From positions 6,212-70,211 of the forward strand of contig JANRIN010000137.1 of NCBI GenBank assembly GCA_033764965.1: a stretch of 64,000 nt of DNA, given 5' to 3'. A model generated the notes under the pieces. The model worked only from the letters and a program-made list of their open reading frames with translations, was not told the origin of the DNA and searched no databases. Within the stretch, counting starts at the first letter, position 1, and every line of letters starts with the position of its first letter. This document shows positions 39,993 through 50,039 of the stretch, in pieces. Both the position numbers and the translations under genes were made by a program. The DNA comes from Leptolyngbyaceae cyanobacterium bins.302. Its GTDB lineage: Bacteria > Cyanobacteriota > Cyanobacteriia > Leptolyngbyales > Leptolyngbyaceae.

Positions 39993-40165
39993 ACTTGATA
40001 ATAATCGCGCCGAGTTTCTACCTCGGTTTCAAATTGGGCAAGTTTTTCTGCCTCCCGTTTGTCTTGATTAGATTTACGCTTAGGCATCGGAGTGTTAAAA
40101 TCGAGCATCCATAACCAACCTAATTCAAGTGGATTTTGCAATCCTTGAGAATTCAAATGCGCCAT
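39977..40165 (-). CDS. Small hypothetical protein
   Basis: Part of the listed 39977..40195 ORF. The ATG at 40165 (MAHLNSQG) is preferred because the shared upstream motif sits 35 nt from it. Confidence 0.45.
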   Translation of the reverse strand: MAHLNSQGLQNPLELGWLWMLDFNTPMPKRKSNQDKREAEKLAQFETEVETRRDYYQVCGRW

Positions 40166-40225
40166 AAGGTTTGAGCAATCAATCATCATGCTCAAAAGCG
40201 CGGTAGCGGAGGGAAACGCCTTGAA

Positions 40226-40669
40226 TCAGTCGGCTACTTCCCCTAAATTCGATTGCTGCTCGGTAATGGTCAAATAGCCCACGCGAGTCGGGTCTGTGAT
40301 TTGCTCTGCGGAGACGCGATAGATCTGGTGGGTATCAGAATTCGCAATTATCAGGTAGGTCAGTCCTTCGGTGCTGATGCCTACTTGTTGCACCACACCA
40401 CCAATCAATAATGAGAGGCGTTGTTGGTAGGCGTGAAAATCTCCCAGTTTTTGCTGTCGCTGCCAGACATGAAAATCGATGCTGTTCGATTCGGGCTGGT
40501 GTTCAGATAGTTTGAGTTGACGGGTACGCTCAAAGGTCGCTTCTGGCACAACCGCTTGCAGGTGAGCCTCGATCGCATTGAACCCAACGGTATAAATGTT
40601 TTGCCACGGCAGCGGCACATGAAATCGACCGTCTTCGCCAAGCAGGGTGAAATTGAGGTAATGGTTCAT
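40226..40669 (-). CDS. Hypothetical protein
   Basis: 147-aa ATG ORF, co-oriented with the block, preceded by the shared motif. Confidence 0.6.
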   Translation of the reverse strand: MNHYLNFTLLGEDGRFHVPLPWQNIYTVGFNAIEAHLQAVVPEATFERTRQLKLSEHQPESNSIDFHVWQRQQKLGDFHAYQQRLSLLIGGVVQQVGISTEGLTYLIIANSDTHQIYRVSAEQITDPTRVGYLTITEQQSNLGEVAD

Positions 40670-40685
40670 TGGAAGTAGCCTTCAA

Positions 40686-41831
40686 TCATCCCAATGCTGG
40701 AGCGGTAGCCCCTTGCTCATTGCCATCATGCTTAACCAGCAAAATCGGTGGATCGGATGGATCGGTGTAAAGCTTGCCCAAAAACCATTGAGAGCGGAGT
40801 TTGACCTCTGGAGCAGGGAAAACGGATTGGGAATACCATTGTTCATTCACCTTGTAACAAATATCTAAATCAGTTGCCCAGGTGGGTGCCCACGGCGGGG
40901 CTGCGATCGCCTCAACCACCCCTGTGATCCTGACTCCACAGGTATCCACCACAACGAGTTGTCCGGTACAAATGACTGGAATTGATCGTCCGGTACAAGT
41001 TCGCAAACCCAGTTCTGTTGCTTGATAGTAACGCCCCAACTGATAGACAATAGATGACCATCCCCAAGTTAAATCACAGTGTTGCATCAGTTCTGGTTCC
41101 AGTTCATGCCGAGTCACCAGCCACTTCTGGTTGCGATATTTTTGGAAGACTCCATCCAATGCAAAAGCAGCTTGTTTGGGCAGTGAACGGTTACAGCGAT
41201 AGACATGCTGATAGCTGTCATAGCGATCGCTCAACATCCATTTAGCAGAATGAGTCACCGATCGCGCATGACACCGCAATGTTGCCAAATCGTTCAGCCC
41301 AACTTCAACAAACCACTTTTCGATCAGGTAGCAGTCATTCGGCTTAAAGGTAGAGTGTGGGTCGATTGGGCTGGCATTGGACAGATCGAGGATGAATGGC
41401 TCACCGCTGACTGGATCGATGGCAACCGACAGATGGTTGTCGTTGATTTCCCAAAAGTGAGCATTGAGCGATCGTACGGCTTGTTCGACTGCTAATGCAA
41501 AAGCCAAATCGACTTGTTCAAGCGGAAAAGTTTGCCCAACGACCTGGCACAGTGGACGTACTAACCAGCGCCGCCCATTGGCTGACTCAACGCGCCAATT
41601 TTTGGGAAAACCAGGTTGCCCTGCCATCGAGTGCAGTACCTCTGCTTCGCGTGTTTCAATTCGACAATCCGCATTCGCATAGGGTTTTGCATCTAAGGGT
41701 TTCCAGACCTCTGTTTTATCCGGTGACAGGTAGAGTCCACCAGTATGAATCGCTTCGTGTTCGGGCACGGCAAGGCGCGTAAACGTTTCGGCAGGAGGAT
41801 GGTTGATTAAATCGAGTGGCAAGAGTTTCAT
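40686..41831 (-). CDS. Hypothetical protein with possible divergent kinase-like N-terminal domain
   Basis: TGGLY...VWKP, REAEVL...PGFP, EINDNH and FILDLS fall in protein-kinase-like order. Confidence 0.45.
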   Translation of the reverse strand: MKLLPLDLINHPPAETFTRLAVPEHEAIHTGGLYLSPDKTEVWKPLDAKPYANADCRIETREAEVLHSMAGQPGFPKNWRVESANGRRWLVRPLCQVVGQTFPLEQVDLAFALAVEQAVRSLNAHFWEINDNHLSVAIDPVSGEPFILDLSNASPIDPHSTFKPNDCYLIEKWFVEVGLNDLATLRCHARSVTHSAKWMLSDRYDSYQHVYRCNRSLPKQAAFALDGVFQKYRNQKWLVTRHELEPELMQHCDLTWGWSSIVYQLGRYYQATELGLRTCTGRSIPVICTGQLVVVDTCGVRITGVVEAIAAPPWAPTWATDLDICYKVNEQWYSQSVFPAPEVKLRSQWFLGKLYTDPSDPPILLVKHDGNEQGATAPALG

Positions 41832-41893
41832 CGCAATTTCTTAGAAACAACACCGAAATCAGTAGTCCGATGTGGTTGGGCGGTAGCCATGCT

Positions 41894-43990
41894 TCAGTTG
41901 AGGGCTGTCCGGTTGTCCAGTTTGTGACGATCGCGGCGTGTCATTTCTGCCATCAGGTCTGTCCAGCACTGCAAACGATCACCCCTCTGCACGACCAACT
42001 GGGCTGCTTTCCGTGCCTGCTCCAACACATCAGCATCTTTCACCAGGTCTGCCAGAGCAAATTTAGGCAATCCGGCTTGAGCCGTGCCCAACACGTCTCC
42101 GGTTCCCCGCAGTTGCATATCCACTTCAGCAAGCACAAACCCATCTTGTGTTTGTTCCAGCACCTTGAGTCGTTCTTTCGCGTCATCAGAGGTAGAAGTG
42201 TTGACCAGCAGGCAATAGGATTGAGCATTGCCTCTGCCAACTCGCCCCCGTAGCTGATGCAGTTGGGACAAGCCAAACCGTTCAGCGTGTTCAATCACAA
42301 TGACAGTGGCATTCGGAACATCAACACCGACTTCAATCACGGTGGTAGATACCAAGATGTGCGTTTGATGATCGTGAAACTGGGCGATCGCACTTTGCTT
42401 CTCCGCCGCACTCATGCGACCGTGCAATAGACCGACGCGATACGGGCTGAATTGCTGCTGGTAGGTTTGGTGGGCGGCGATTGCCGATTGCAGGTCAGAC
42501 GTATCTGACTGCTCCACCAAGGGCAAAATCACATAAACCTGCCGACCCAATGCCAGATTCCGCTCCATCATTCGCGTCACGTTGGATCGCTGGTTCTCGG
42601 TTAGCACCCTGGTCAGCACAGGTTTACGTCCGGGTGGCATTTCATCAAGCTGGCTCACATCCAGGTCGCCATGTAGTGTCAACGCCAGGGTGCGGGGAAT
42701 TGGAGTTGCGGTCATGCTCAAGACGTGGGGATAGTGCCCTTTCTGCTGCAACTTGAGTCGCTGTTGCACACCAAAGCGGTGTTGCTCATCAATCACAACT
42801 AACCCAAGGCGCTCAAATTGAACGGTCTTTTGGATCAGGGCATGGGTGCCGATCACCAAGGGCAGTTGTCTTGATCGCAGATTTGCATGGATGGTTCGAC
42901 GTTGAGCCGTCGGAGTCGAACCTGTCAGCAGGGCAACGGGCAACTGGAGGGACTCAAACCACTGAGCAATCTTGTGAAAATGCTGTTCTGCTAGAACCTC
43001 AGTTGGAGCCATCAGTGCCGCTTGATACCCGGCTTGAATTGTCGCCAGAATCGCCGCTACAGCCACAACCGTTTTGCCAGACCCGACATCTCCCTGAACC
43101 AGTCGATTCATCGGGTGAGCTTTTGCCAGGTCATCTAGGATTTCACCAATGACTCGTTGTTGTGCGCCTGTCAACTGGAAGGGTAGAACGGTATAGAACT
43201 GCTTCAGCAAGGTGGTTGGAAGAGACAGGGCTTCTCGTTGAACTTGTTTCAAAGCGGCTCTGCGCTTTAGCAATCTCAATTGCAGGTAGAAGAATTCATC
43301 GAAGACTAAACGGTGACGGGCAGCGGCTAGAGTTTGTGGATTGCTCGGAAAGTGAATCTGGGCGATCGCTTGACTCAATTCCATCAAATGGTAGTGCTGC
43401 CGCAGTTTCTTTGGTAGGGGGTCATGTAATCTCACGCAGTCCAATGCCACTGTGATCGAGTCTCGCAATGTCTCTGCGTCTAGTCCTTTGGTTAGAGCAT
43501 AGACAGGCTGAATCAAGTCGTCCTTTATGCTCGACCGTTTGCCAGCCAGGTCAGCGACCTTTACTTCGGTAGCCTCAATCGTGAGTGCCCTGGTATAGTC
43601 ATCCTGCTTGACTTTACCCATGACGATGACGCTTCTACCTGCGCGGTAGAACTGATGTTGCTCCACTCGCCATTGCTGCGATCGATAATCTGAACCGTGA
43701 TGAAACTGCATAACACGAATTGCATTTTCAGCCCTGTCGGTAACTACCCAACTTTGCACAGTCAGTCTGCCATTTTTCGGGGTCAAGATCCGGTGCTGCT
43801 CAATCGTACCTGTGATGATCACCTGATCTCCCGGTTTGATTTCAGGGATGGTGCTCCAGTGGTAGGTGACATGAGTGCGAGGGTAGTAATGCAGCAGTTC
43901 CAGCAGGGTATGAATTCGCAATTTCTGAAGCGGGGGCAGGCACTCAGGCGGGACGATCGCCTCAAGTGGCTTAAGCGTTGTTGTAAGCAT
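41894..43990 (-). CDS. recG: ATP-dependent DNA helicase RecG
   Basis: RLVFDEFF, MNRLVQGDVGSGKT, MAPTEVLAEQH, IDEQHRFGV, MTATPIPRT, GLSQLHQLRGRVGRG, D.QLRG.G. Confidence 0.95.
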   Translation of the reverse strand: MLTTTLKPLEAIVPPECLPPLQKLRIHTLLELLHYYPRTHVTYHWSTIPEIKPGDQVIITGTIEQHRILTPKNGRLTVQSWVVTDRAENAIRVMQFHHGSDYRSQQWRVEQHQFYRAGRSVIVMGKVKQDDYTRALTIEATEVKVADLAGKRSSIKDDLIQPVYALTKGLDAETLRDSITVALDCVRLHDPLPKKLRQHYHLMELSQAIAQIHFPSNPQTLAAARHRLVFDEFFYLQLRLLKRRAALKQVQREALSLPTTLLKQFYTVLPFQLTGAQQRVIGEILDDLAKAHPMNRLVQGDVGSGKTVVAVAAILATIQAGYQAALMAPTEVLAEQHFHKIAQWFESLQLPVALLTGSTPTAQRRTIHANLRSRQLPLVIGTHALIQKTVQFERLGLVVIDEQHRFGVQQRLKLQQKGHYPHVLSMTATPIPRTLALTLHGDLDVSQLDEMPPGRKPVLTRVLTENQRSNVTRMMERNLALGRQVYVILPLVEQSDTSDLQSAIAAHQTYQQQFSPYRVGLLHGRMSAAEKQSAIAQFHDHQTHILVSTTVIEVGVDVPNATVIVIEHAERFGLSQLHQLRGRVGRGNAQSYCLLVNTSTSDDAKERLKVLEQTQDGFVLAEVDMQLRGTGDVLGTAQAGLPKFALADLVKDADVLEQARKAAQLVVQRGDRLQCWTDLMAEMTRRDRHKLDNRTALN

Positions 43991-44037
43991 GGCAATGGGT
44001 TAGACAACATCACCACCGGAGAGCGGTAGCATTGCGC

Positions 44038-44301
44038 CTACCAATCCACACCTCTGCCTTTGACTCCTTTGACTGCCCACCACCCATGAGCACGGCGTTC
44101 CAGTTCTGTCTGAAAGCCCGGTTCGGTCACGCTCAGGTCGGGATACTTCAGTTGCAGGCTGGTAACGGTGGCTTGCCAATGGCTCAGTGTTTGCCCCTGT
44201 GCTGCTTTTGAGGCGCGATACAGCTTAGCGTAATGCATTCGAGCGTATGCCTGAATTAAGCGATTCCGCTCAGTTGGCATTAGAGTATCAAGAGTTGTCA
44301 T
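44038..44301 (-). CDS. Small hypothetical protein
   Basis: 87-aa ATG ORF between the helicases, preceded by a variant of the shared motif. Confidence 0.55.
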   Translation of the reverse strand: MTTLDTLMPTERNRLIQAYARMHYAKLYRASKAAQGQTLSHWQATVTSLQLKYPDLSVTEPGFQTELERRAHGWWAVKGVKGRGVDW

Positions 44302-44343
44302 TACCCATTTGGAAGAAGAACACCTGCGATCAGCGGTCGCAGA

Positions 44344-45939
44344 TTAGTCTGTGTCTATCACTTCAGACAGAGAAAGAGTCGGTAAGAAACCGTGACCGAA
44401 CTCAAGCCCCATATAGCGATCGATCCACCCGTCATCGTGCCCGTGGCGTTGAGCAATTTCTTTCAAATACTTGCGATAGTGTGCCTTCTGCACACCCGTT
44501 GGACAGTTGCCGAACACCGCGCCAAAACTCCACCAGGCAGCCGGGAAGTAATTGTATTGTTCTTTAAATCGCATCACCGCATACCCTGGTTTATATCCCC
44601 GATCAAAAGCAAGCTGGTATTGCTGATGCAGGAACGATCGCTGCTTCAGTTCTTCTTCGTTCAATAGTTCAATTACATCCTCGATCGGAACCTCTTCTAA
44701 AATGGATTCGTAGACATAGCCGCATTCAGGACAACTTTGATGCCACAGTCGGATCAAGGCACTGCAATTCGGGCATTGCTTGAGCGGGGCTTCTTGGTCC
44801 GATTCCCGGTATTTCTTGGGCTGCAACACGATCGGTTGGTGATCGGTGATTCTGCCAAAGCGGTTGACGTTCCCAGTACCAAAATCGTAGATAATGCAGT
44901 CAGTCTTCCCGGTTGTGGGCGACAATCGTAGCCCTCGACCAACCATCTGAACGTACAGGGCACGGCTGAGGGTGGGGCGAGCCAGAACAATGCATTCGAG
45001 AGACGGTTCATCAAAACCCTCAGTCAATGTGCCGACACTGGTTATGACCTGAACCTCACCTGTTCTTAGAGCGTCGTAGAGTCGCCGTCGTTTGGGGGTG
45101 GACATGCCACCATCTAAATGCTGTGCTGCAATCCCTGCTGTCACAAATGCCTGAGCGATCGCTTTCGAGTGGTCAATTCCGACGGCAAATACGATCGCTT
45201 TACGTCCCAAGGCAATGCGTTGATACTGCTCTACTAACTGATGATTTAGAGTGTGCAGATTTAGGGCAAGTTCAAGTTCTTTCTCGTTATAATCTCCGGT
45301 GCGACGGTTTACTCCAACTTCACTCAAATCCAGGTCTTTGAAGCCAAAGTAGCGAGGTGGCACCAGATACCCACGCCGAATCAGATCTTTGGGAGTCGGT
45401 CCTTTAATCAGGGTGGTGTAATACTCATTCAGCGATTGTTTACCCAGGCGAAACGGGGTTGCAGTCAGCCCAATCATGATCTTGCGGCGGCTCAATTGAC
45501 TGTCTTCAAACAGTTGCTGCACGAACTTAAAAAAGGTGGTACTGTGGCATTCATCCAGGATACAGAGATCCCAATCTGGCAACGGATAATTGCCTGTCGC
45601 CAAAGTTTGCACAGCACACACCTGTGCAGGAGCATTAGGATGAAGCGGATAGCCCGATTTGATAATTCCAGTGGGAATACCAAATTGCTCAAACGTAGTA
45701 GTAGTTTGAGCCACCAATGGATCACGGTGACACAGAAAAATCACCCGCTTTTGTTTGCTCACGGCACTGTGAGTAATTTGAGCCGCGACTACCGTTTTAC
45801 CCCCACCCGTGGGTAAATAACAGAGGCAGTGACGATGCCCCTCCCGAATAGCAGTCCGCAAATCGGCAATCACCTGATGTTGATAATCCCGTAAAGCTGG
45901 AGGACTACAAGGTGGTAAGGACTGAGATTGAGCAATCAT
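44344..45939 (-). CDS. SF2 DEAD/DEAH helicase (YejH/RadD-like) with zinc ribbon
   Basis: LRDYQ, LPTGGGKT, LDECH, GLTATPFR, LTEGFD, YVQMVGRGLR, CPNC...CPEC. Confidence 0.9.
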   Translation of the reverse strand: MIAQSQSLPPCSPPALRDYQHQVIADLRTAIREGHRHCLCYLPTGGGKTVVAAQITHSAVSKQKRVIFLCHRDPLVAQTTTTFEQFGIPTGIIKSGYPLHPNAPAQVCAVQTLATGNYPLPDWDLCILDECHSTTFFKFVQQLFEDSQLSRRKIMIGLTATPFRLGKQSLNEYYTTLIKGPTPKDLIRRGYLVPPRYFGFKDLDLSEVGVNRRTGDYNEKELELALNLHTLNHQLVEQYQRIALGRKAIVFAVGIDHSKAIAQAFVTAGIAAQHLDGGMSTPKRRRLYDALRTGEVQVITSVGTLTEGFDEPSLECIVLARPTLSRALYVQMVGRGLRLSPTTGKTDCIIYDFGTGNVNRFGRITDHQPIVLQPKKYRESDQEAPLKQCPNCSALIRLWHQSCPECGYVYESILEEVPIEDVIELLNEEELKQRSFLHQQYQLAFDRGYKPGYAVMRFKEQYNYFPAAWWSFGAVFGNCPTGVQKAHYRKYLKEIAQRHGHDDGWIDRYMGLEFGHGFLPTLSLSEVIDTD

Positions 45940-45954
45940 AGATAGTCAAACAGG

Positions 45955-47412
45955 TCACGCCTGAGCAATGGATCGCTTTTTGCGGGGGCGATCGTGGACT
46001 GATTGCCATTTCTCTTGCCGTTGCCACCAAGCAATACTGCTCAAGATGGAATCGAGGGGGCGACTGGCACTAGCGGGAGTACGGCTGGCACTTTGCCAAA
46101 TTGCGGCGGCTTCATCAGCATCTAGCTGAGGTATGCAGCGCTCGCAGTACTGAGCAAACAAATCATCGGGGCTAGGATAAAAGCGAATGGCTTCACCATC
46201 TAACAACCGAGCCGTGCCAATCAAATTTCGTGCCAGCCTGTAACCCGCATTGTTGCGATTGCCTTCACTTTCGCCCTGCTGCAAAAGCTGCTGATCCGCT
46301 TGAGTCAGACACATGATGAGAGGAACAGAATCGGAAATCGACGATGAATGGGAATGCGAGAATGCGCCGCTATCGCGCCGTTTCTGGGGCATGATTGAAG
46401 GGTCGTGTTCTGCATCCTCTCCCCGTCCTACGGTTGGTTGCCAGTCGGGACGGGTGGAGGGGGCGGCATCAAGCACTGCATGGTAAGGGTCAACAGTGTC
46501 ATCAGTTTTTGCTTGGCGTAGTAGTTTGACCCAGGTGCGCCAACGCTGCTCTGATAGTTCATGCGGAAACAAACCAGTGGAGTTGAGTGCCTGGTTCATC
46601 CCCTTGAGGCTGTACTGCTGGTCGGATTCTGCATCCAGGGTGATGGGGATAGGGTCAGCGAGGCGATCGCCCAGCCATTTGCGACGCATCATGCTTGGTA
46701 GTCGCATCGCACGGGCGACATTACAAATGGCTGGATCAGCTTCGGCTCCGACCACGATCGCTAATTTTCTGTTGAGCAACAACCACTGTTTCGGCGAAGC
46801 AGGCTGGTTGAGTCGAAAGTAAACGTGGAGAGACTTCCCACCCGTGTAAACGATAGCAGCAGGTTGCAATCCCGTTTGTCGTTTGACTCGCTCCAGCGTC
46901 GCGTGTTGTTCTAACAGGGAAAGAGAATCGATTTCGTAGAACAGGCAGTAGCAGCGCTGGACATCCCGGTTATGGATGCCATTCTGGGGTTGGTTGGGGT
47001 AAAAGCTCACCGTTGCGCCCATCAGCGAGAGCTTCAGCAAGTGCATGAAGCCTCGCCGTTTACTTCCAGAACTCGGTTGCCAGCAAGCTTTGCCACTGGC
47101 ATCCCGTCCCTGCCATTCACAAAGTTGGGCAATCAAACCTTTGCCAGTGACCACTCCCCTGAGCAGGTAATGCCGTAGCTGTTTTTTGCCACTCCGGGTT
47201 TGATAGCGGCTCCAGGCAGTCGGGGCAGCCTCTAATGGATGGTTCCAGGAAATCCTTAGCCAGATGGTACTTCCCGTCTTGAAGCCAATGCGATCAAGGA
47301 ATTGCCGTAGGGTTTGTTTAAGTTGATGGGACTCTAGAGATTGCATGATGGCTGCTTGGACAAAGGATTGCGCGTTGCAAACGAGTGTGGAAGTCATCCC
47401 GGTTGACAGCAT
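45955..47412 (-). CDS. RepB-like AEP DNA primase with PriCT-like C-terminal domain
   Basis: LFYEID, YTGGKSLHVYF, DPAI.NVARAMRLP; C-terminal EGNRNNAGYRLARNL. Confidence 0.8.
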   Translation of the reverse strand: MLSTGMTSTLVCNAQSFVQAAIMQSLESHQLKQTLRQFLDRIGFKTGSTIWLRISWNHPLEAAPTAWSRYQTRSGKKQLRHYLLRGVVTGKGLIAQLCEWQGRDASGKACWQPSSGSKRRGFMHLLKLSLMGATVSFYPNQPQNGIHNRDVQRCYCLFYEIDSLSLLEQHATLERVKRQTGLQPAAIVYTGGKSLHVYFRLNQPASPKQWLLLNRKLAIVVGAEADPAICNVARAMRLPSMMRRKWLGDRLADPIPITLDAESDQQYSLKGMNQALNSTGLFPHELSEQRWRTWVKLLRQAKTDDTVDPYHAVLDAAPSTRPDWQPTVGRGEDAEHDPSIMPQKRRDSGAFSHSHSSSISDSVPLIMCLTQADQQLLQQGESEGNRNNAGYRLARNLIGTARLLDGEAIRFYPSPDDLFAQYCERCIPQLDADEAAAIWQSASRTPASASRPLDSILSSIAWWQRQEKWQSVHDRPRKKRSIAQA

Positions 47413-47650
47413 AGTGACGGGGACCCGTGCAGCAGTGGTAAACCGCTTCTTCCAGAAGTTGCTCCAGACTTTCTTGAAGCCAGCCAGTTAGAGCTTGTTG
47501 TACCTGCTCCAGGCTGTACTGGGGTTGACCCGGTTCCCGTCGTCGATTTAATTCATCTAGAACGGATTGCGCTTGTTCAGCCAGGTCCTCGGCATCAACA
47601 GAAAATGGGATAGATAAACTGACTAAGGTTTGTAGAGTGGGTGTAGGCAT
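47318..47650 (-). CDS. Hypothetical protein
   Basis: 110-aa ATG ORF preceded by a perfect copy of the shared motif; its overlap with the primase ORF suggests the primase starts later. Confidence 0.6.
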   Translation of the reverse strand: MPTPTLQTLVSLSIPFSVDAEDLAEQAQSVLDELNRRREPGQPQYSLEQVQQALTGWLQESLEQLLEEAVYHCCTGPRHYAVNRDDFHTRLQRAILCPSSHHAISRVPST

Positions 47651-47798
47651 CGCTAGAAGTGAACAACGTCACATCCAGGGGCGCGGTAGCGAAGGGTAGA
47701 TGCTTTAGAAATAACGTAAATGTGGATGAAATATCATCTCCCAAGCAGCCTCTACCAGTTGGGAGATAAAGGGGATAATCACCGGAGTCATCAGTCGG

Positions 47799-48287
47799 CT
47801 ATCGTTGGATAAAGCAAGTGCCGCAATCAGCGCAAACGAATGTGTTGCGCCATCGACGCAGCTCTTGCTCATATCGTTGTTCGCTGGGGAGATTGATCAG
47901 TGTTTGTAGCCCAAAGATCAACAGACTCACAATTACTAAAATGATGAATTTGGTAATGACCAACCTGACGTACTGGGGTTGGCTCATGCCTCCGGTGAGG
48001 CAGTAGAACAGATCCCAGATCCATCCTGGCATCCAATACAGCAGCCAGAGGACAAACGGTAACTGGGCAATCTCAGGTTTGATGGGTGGGCTGACTTGAG
48101 CCGCTAACTCAGTTTGGTAAACGGAGCGAACGCGGATTTTACCCACCGATAAGGCGTAGCCCTGATGGTTGCCGTAGGTGGTGCCTTCAGTCCAGACTTG
48201 AGCCGCAGTTTGAATTTTAATGCTATTGCAAGCAGGACATCGGGTCTGATGAGACTGCTCGATGATGTGGTGTCGATGTTGAGTCAT
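47799..48287 (-). CDS. Membrane protein with split zinc ribbon
   Basis: CPAC near the N-terminus and CADC at the C-terminus flank two hydrophobic helices. Confidence 0.6.
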   Translation of the reverse strand: MTQHRHHIIEQSHQTRCPACNSIKIQTAAQVWTEGTTYGNHQGYALSVGKIRVRSVYQTELAAQVSPPIKPEIAQLPFVLWLLYWMPGWIWDLFYCLTGGMSQPQYVRLVITKFIILVIVSLLIFGLQTLINLPSEQRYEQELRRWRNTFVCADCGTCFIQR

Positions 48288-48311
48288 GAGCCAACTCCAA
48301 TTTTGATGGCA

Positions 48312-49607
48312 TTACAGTTCCAGTTGGTTTTGTTTGGCAGATAGGGTTGGTTTGAATTTGTAGAGTTTTTGTGGTGGATTAGTTGATTGTTGAGAATCTA
48401 CAGAGTCTTGTTTAGATTGACTTAGGAAGTCTGTTCGCCTTTGAGCAAGCTGGTCTGCAAGTTGGTCATACTGGTCAGCAAGTGTTGTTCGGAGTCGATT
48501 TGCAGTTGCAGCGTGGCTTGAAGTTGCGTCTGCAAACTGTGTAAGGCTTTCAGTAATTTGTCTAATTGGGTCTGTAAGGAGTTTGAGGGCTTGCTCGTTA
48601 AGGTATTGGACAATTGCATCAGAAAGCCGCTTAATACCTGATTGAAGTCTTGGTGATAAGCGTCGAGGCTGGTCGTCTGCGACTGATGCGACTGGTTGAC
48701 TAAATCGGTTAATTTGCTCACTTGCTGCATCAGTTGTTGCTGTTGCAGGATCAATTGCTGTTGATTCGTTTGCAGGTCGAGTAGCAGCGATGAGGGTAGC
48801 ATTGTCTCGGATGGGTTCATAGTGAATTCCTTTGTAGTGTTGCAGTCCATTGAGGGTGTAGGCTTTGCCAAGCTGAGTGCCGCTGAATTGTTGCCCTTGA
48901 AATCGGTAGGAAATGCCCCACTGGTTGGCTTTTGTTTGGGTCAGTCGCACTTCAACACCCTGGTTCTGTAGCTGGGCAATAAGGTATGGCAGGGAAGGGC
49001 TGTGGTCACTCAGTTGGCTGATCAGAGTTTGCAGTGTTGTGCGGGTGGGAACTGTCGGGAGATTAGGGCGATCGCCCTGATCGGCTTCAAATGCTTGCTG
49101 CTCTCGCCTCAACTTCCGCATTTCGCCTGTGGTCGGGGCACGCTCCAAGCGATCGCGGCTTGATGGAGTTGGGGTGAGGTTATGCTGTTGCTCCAACTCT
49201 CGGATCAGGGTTTCGGAGCGGCGGTAGTCCCAGCTATCGGACACGGTTTTGCCATCGGGAAGGCGGATACGGCTGGCAATGATGTGGATATGGTCGTGTT
49301 GCTGGTCATTGTGACGGGCAATCAGGTACTGGCAGTCTTGGAACCCCATCCCTTGCAGGTAGTCCGCTGCGATCGTTCGCCATTGCTCATCGGTTTGTCG
49401 TTCCTGGGCAGGGACAGACAGGGTGGCATGGTAGACGACAACATTTAGTCGAACGTTCAAAGACCGAAAGGCATTGAACTCGGCGGTCATCTCCTGGGCG
49501 GTTTCTCCCAACAGGTTGCCGCCAATTTGTTCTGCGTTTTCTTTTTCCAGCACATACCGGATGCAGCCGCCAAAGTCCCTTCCTTTCACTTGTTTGCCAA
49601 TCATCAC
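48312..49607 (-). CDS. MOBP-type relaxase
   Basis: MIGKQVKGRDFGGCIRYVL (catalytic Tyr region), VYHATLS, HNDQQHDHIHIIASRI (HUH). Confidence 0.92.
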   Translation of the reverse strand: MMIGKQVKGRDFGGCIRYVLEKENAEQIGGNLLGETAQEMTAEFNAFRSLNVRLNVVVYHATLSVPAQERQTDEQWRTIAADYLQGMGFQDCQYLIARHNDQQHDHIHIIASRIRLPDGKTVSDSWDYRRSETLIRELEQQHNLTPTPSSRDRLERAPTTGEMRKLRREQQAFEADQGDRPNLPTVPTRTTLQTLISQLSDHSPSLPYLIAQLQNQGVEVRLTQTKANQWGISYRFQGQQFSGTQLGKAYTLNGLQHYKGIHYEPIRDNATLIAATRPANESTAIDPATATTDAASEQINRFSQPVASVADDQPRRLSPRLQSGIKRLSDAIVQYLNEQALKLLTDPIRQITESLTQFADATSSHAATANRLRTTLADQYDQLADQLAQRRTDFLSQSKQDSVDSQQSTNPPQKLYKFKPTLSAKQNQLEL

Positions 49608-49619
49608 TACGGGGTTGGA

Positions 49620-49907
49620 TTAGGGATCAACGGTTTCAGCAGTGGGCAGATTGGAGCGTTGGGGAGTCACTCCAATCAGAGTAAAGCCCAGTTGTTTAAT
49701 CGCCTGCCTGAGGTCGCCAAGCTGTTGTTCGATCTGGTTGAGCTGCGATCGCTCGGCTTCAGTCAGCAGTGGTTGGGCTGCGATCGTCTGCATCGCTTGA
49801 CTGATGTGCTGACAGGTTTGAGCCATTTCCAACAGGCAGACATAGGCTTGCCGATTAATGGTCGGAATAGTTTCCAGTTTTGGAGAGCGAGGTACGGGGG
49901 TTGCCAT
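49620..49907 (-). CDS. MobC-like relaxosome accessory protein (apparently lacking the N-terminal RHH part)
   Basis: IPTINRQAYVCL...QHISQAM resembles the MobC C-terminal helix; directly upstream of the relaxase. Confidence 0.5.
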   Translation of the reverse strand: MATPVPRSPKLETIPTINRQAYVCLLEMAQTCQHISQAMQTIAAQPLLTEAERSQLNQIEQQLGDLRQAIKQLGFTLIGVTPQRSNLPTAETVDP

Positions 49908-50039
49908 AACGAGTGACGACGAGATTCAAATGCGATGATTTGAGTGTGCATTGTCGTTTGAGCCAATCCCTCTGCCAGTTGGGAGGATTTTGCTAATTTC
50001 TTTTTTCTCCCATTAGCGAGAACATGGCTTGCTGCCGCT

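Noticed and set aside
39387-47412. Prophage, suggested by Gp157, primase and helicase
   Set aside because: No capsid, terminase, tail or integrase genes; the context is relaxase, T4SS and ParM, i.e. plasmid backbone.
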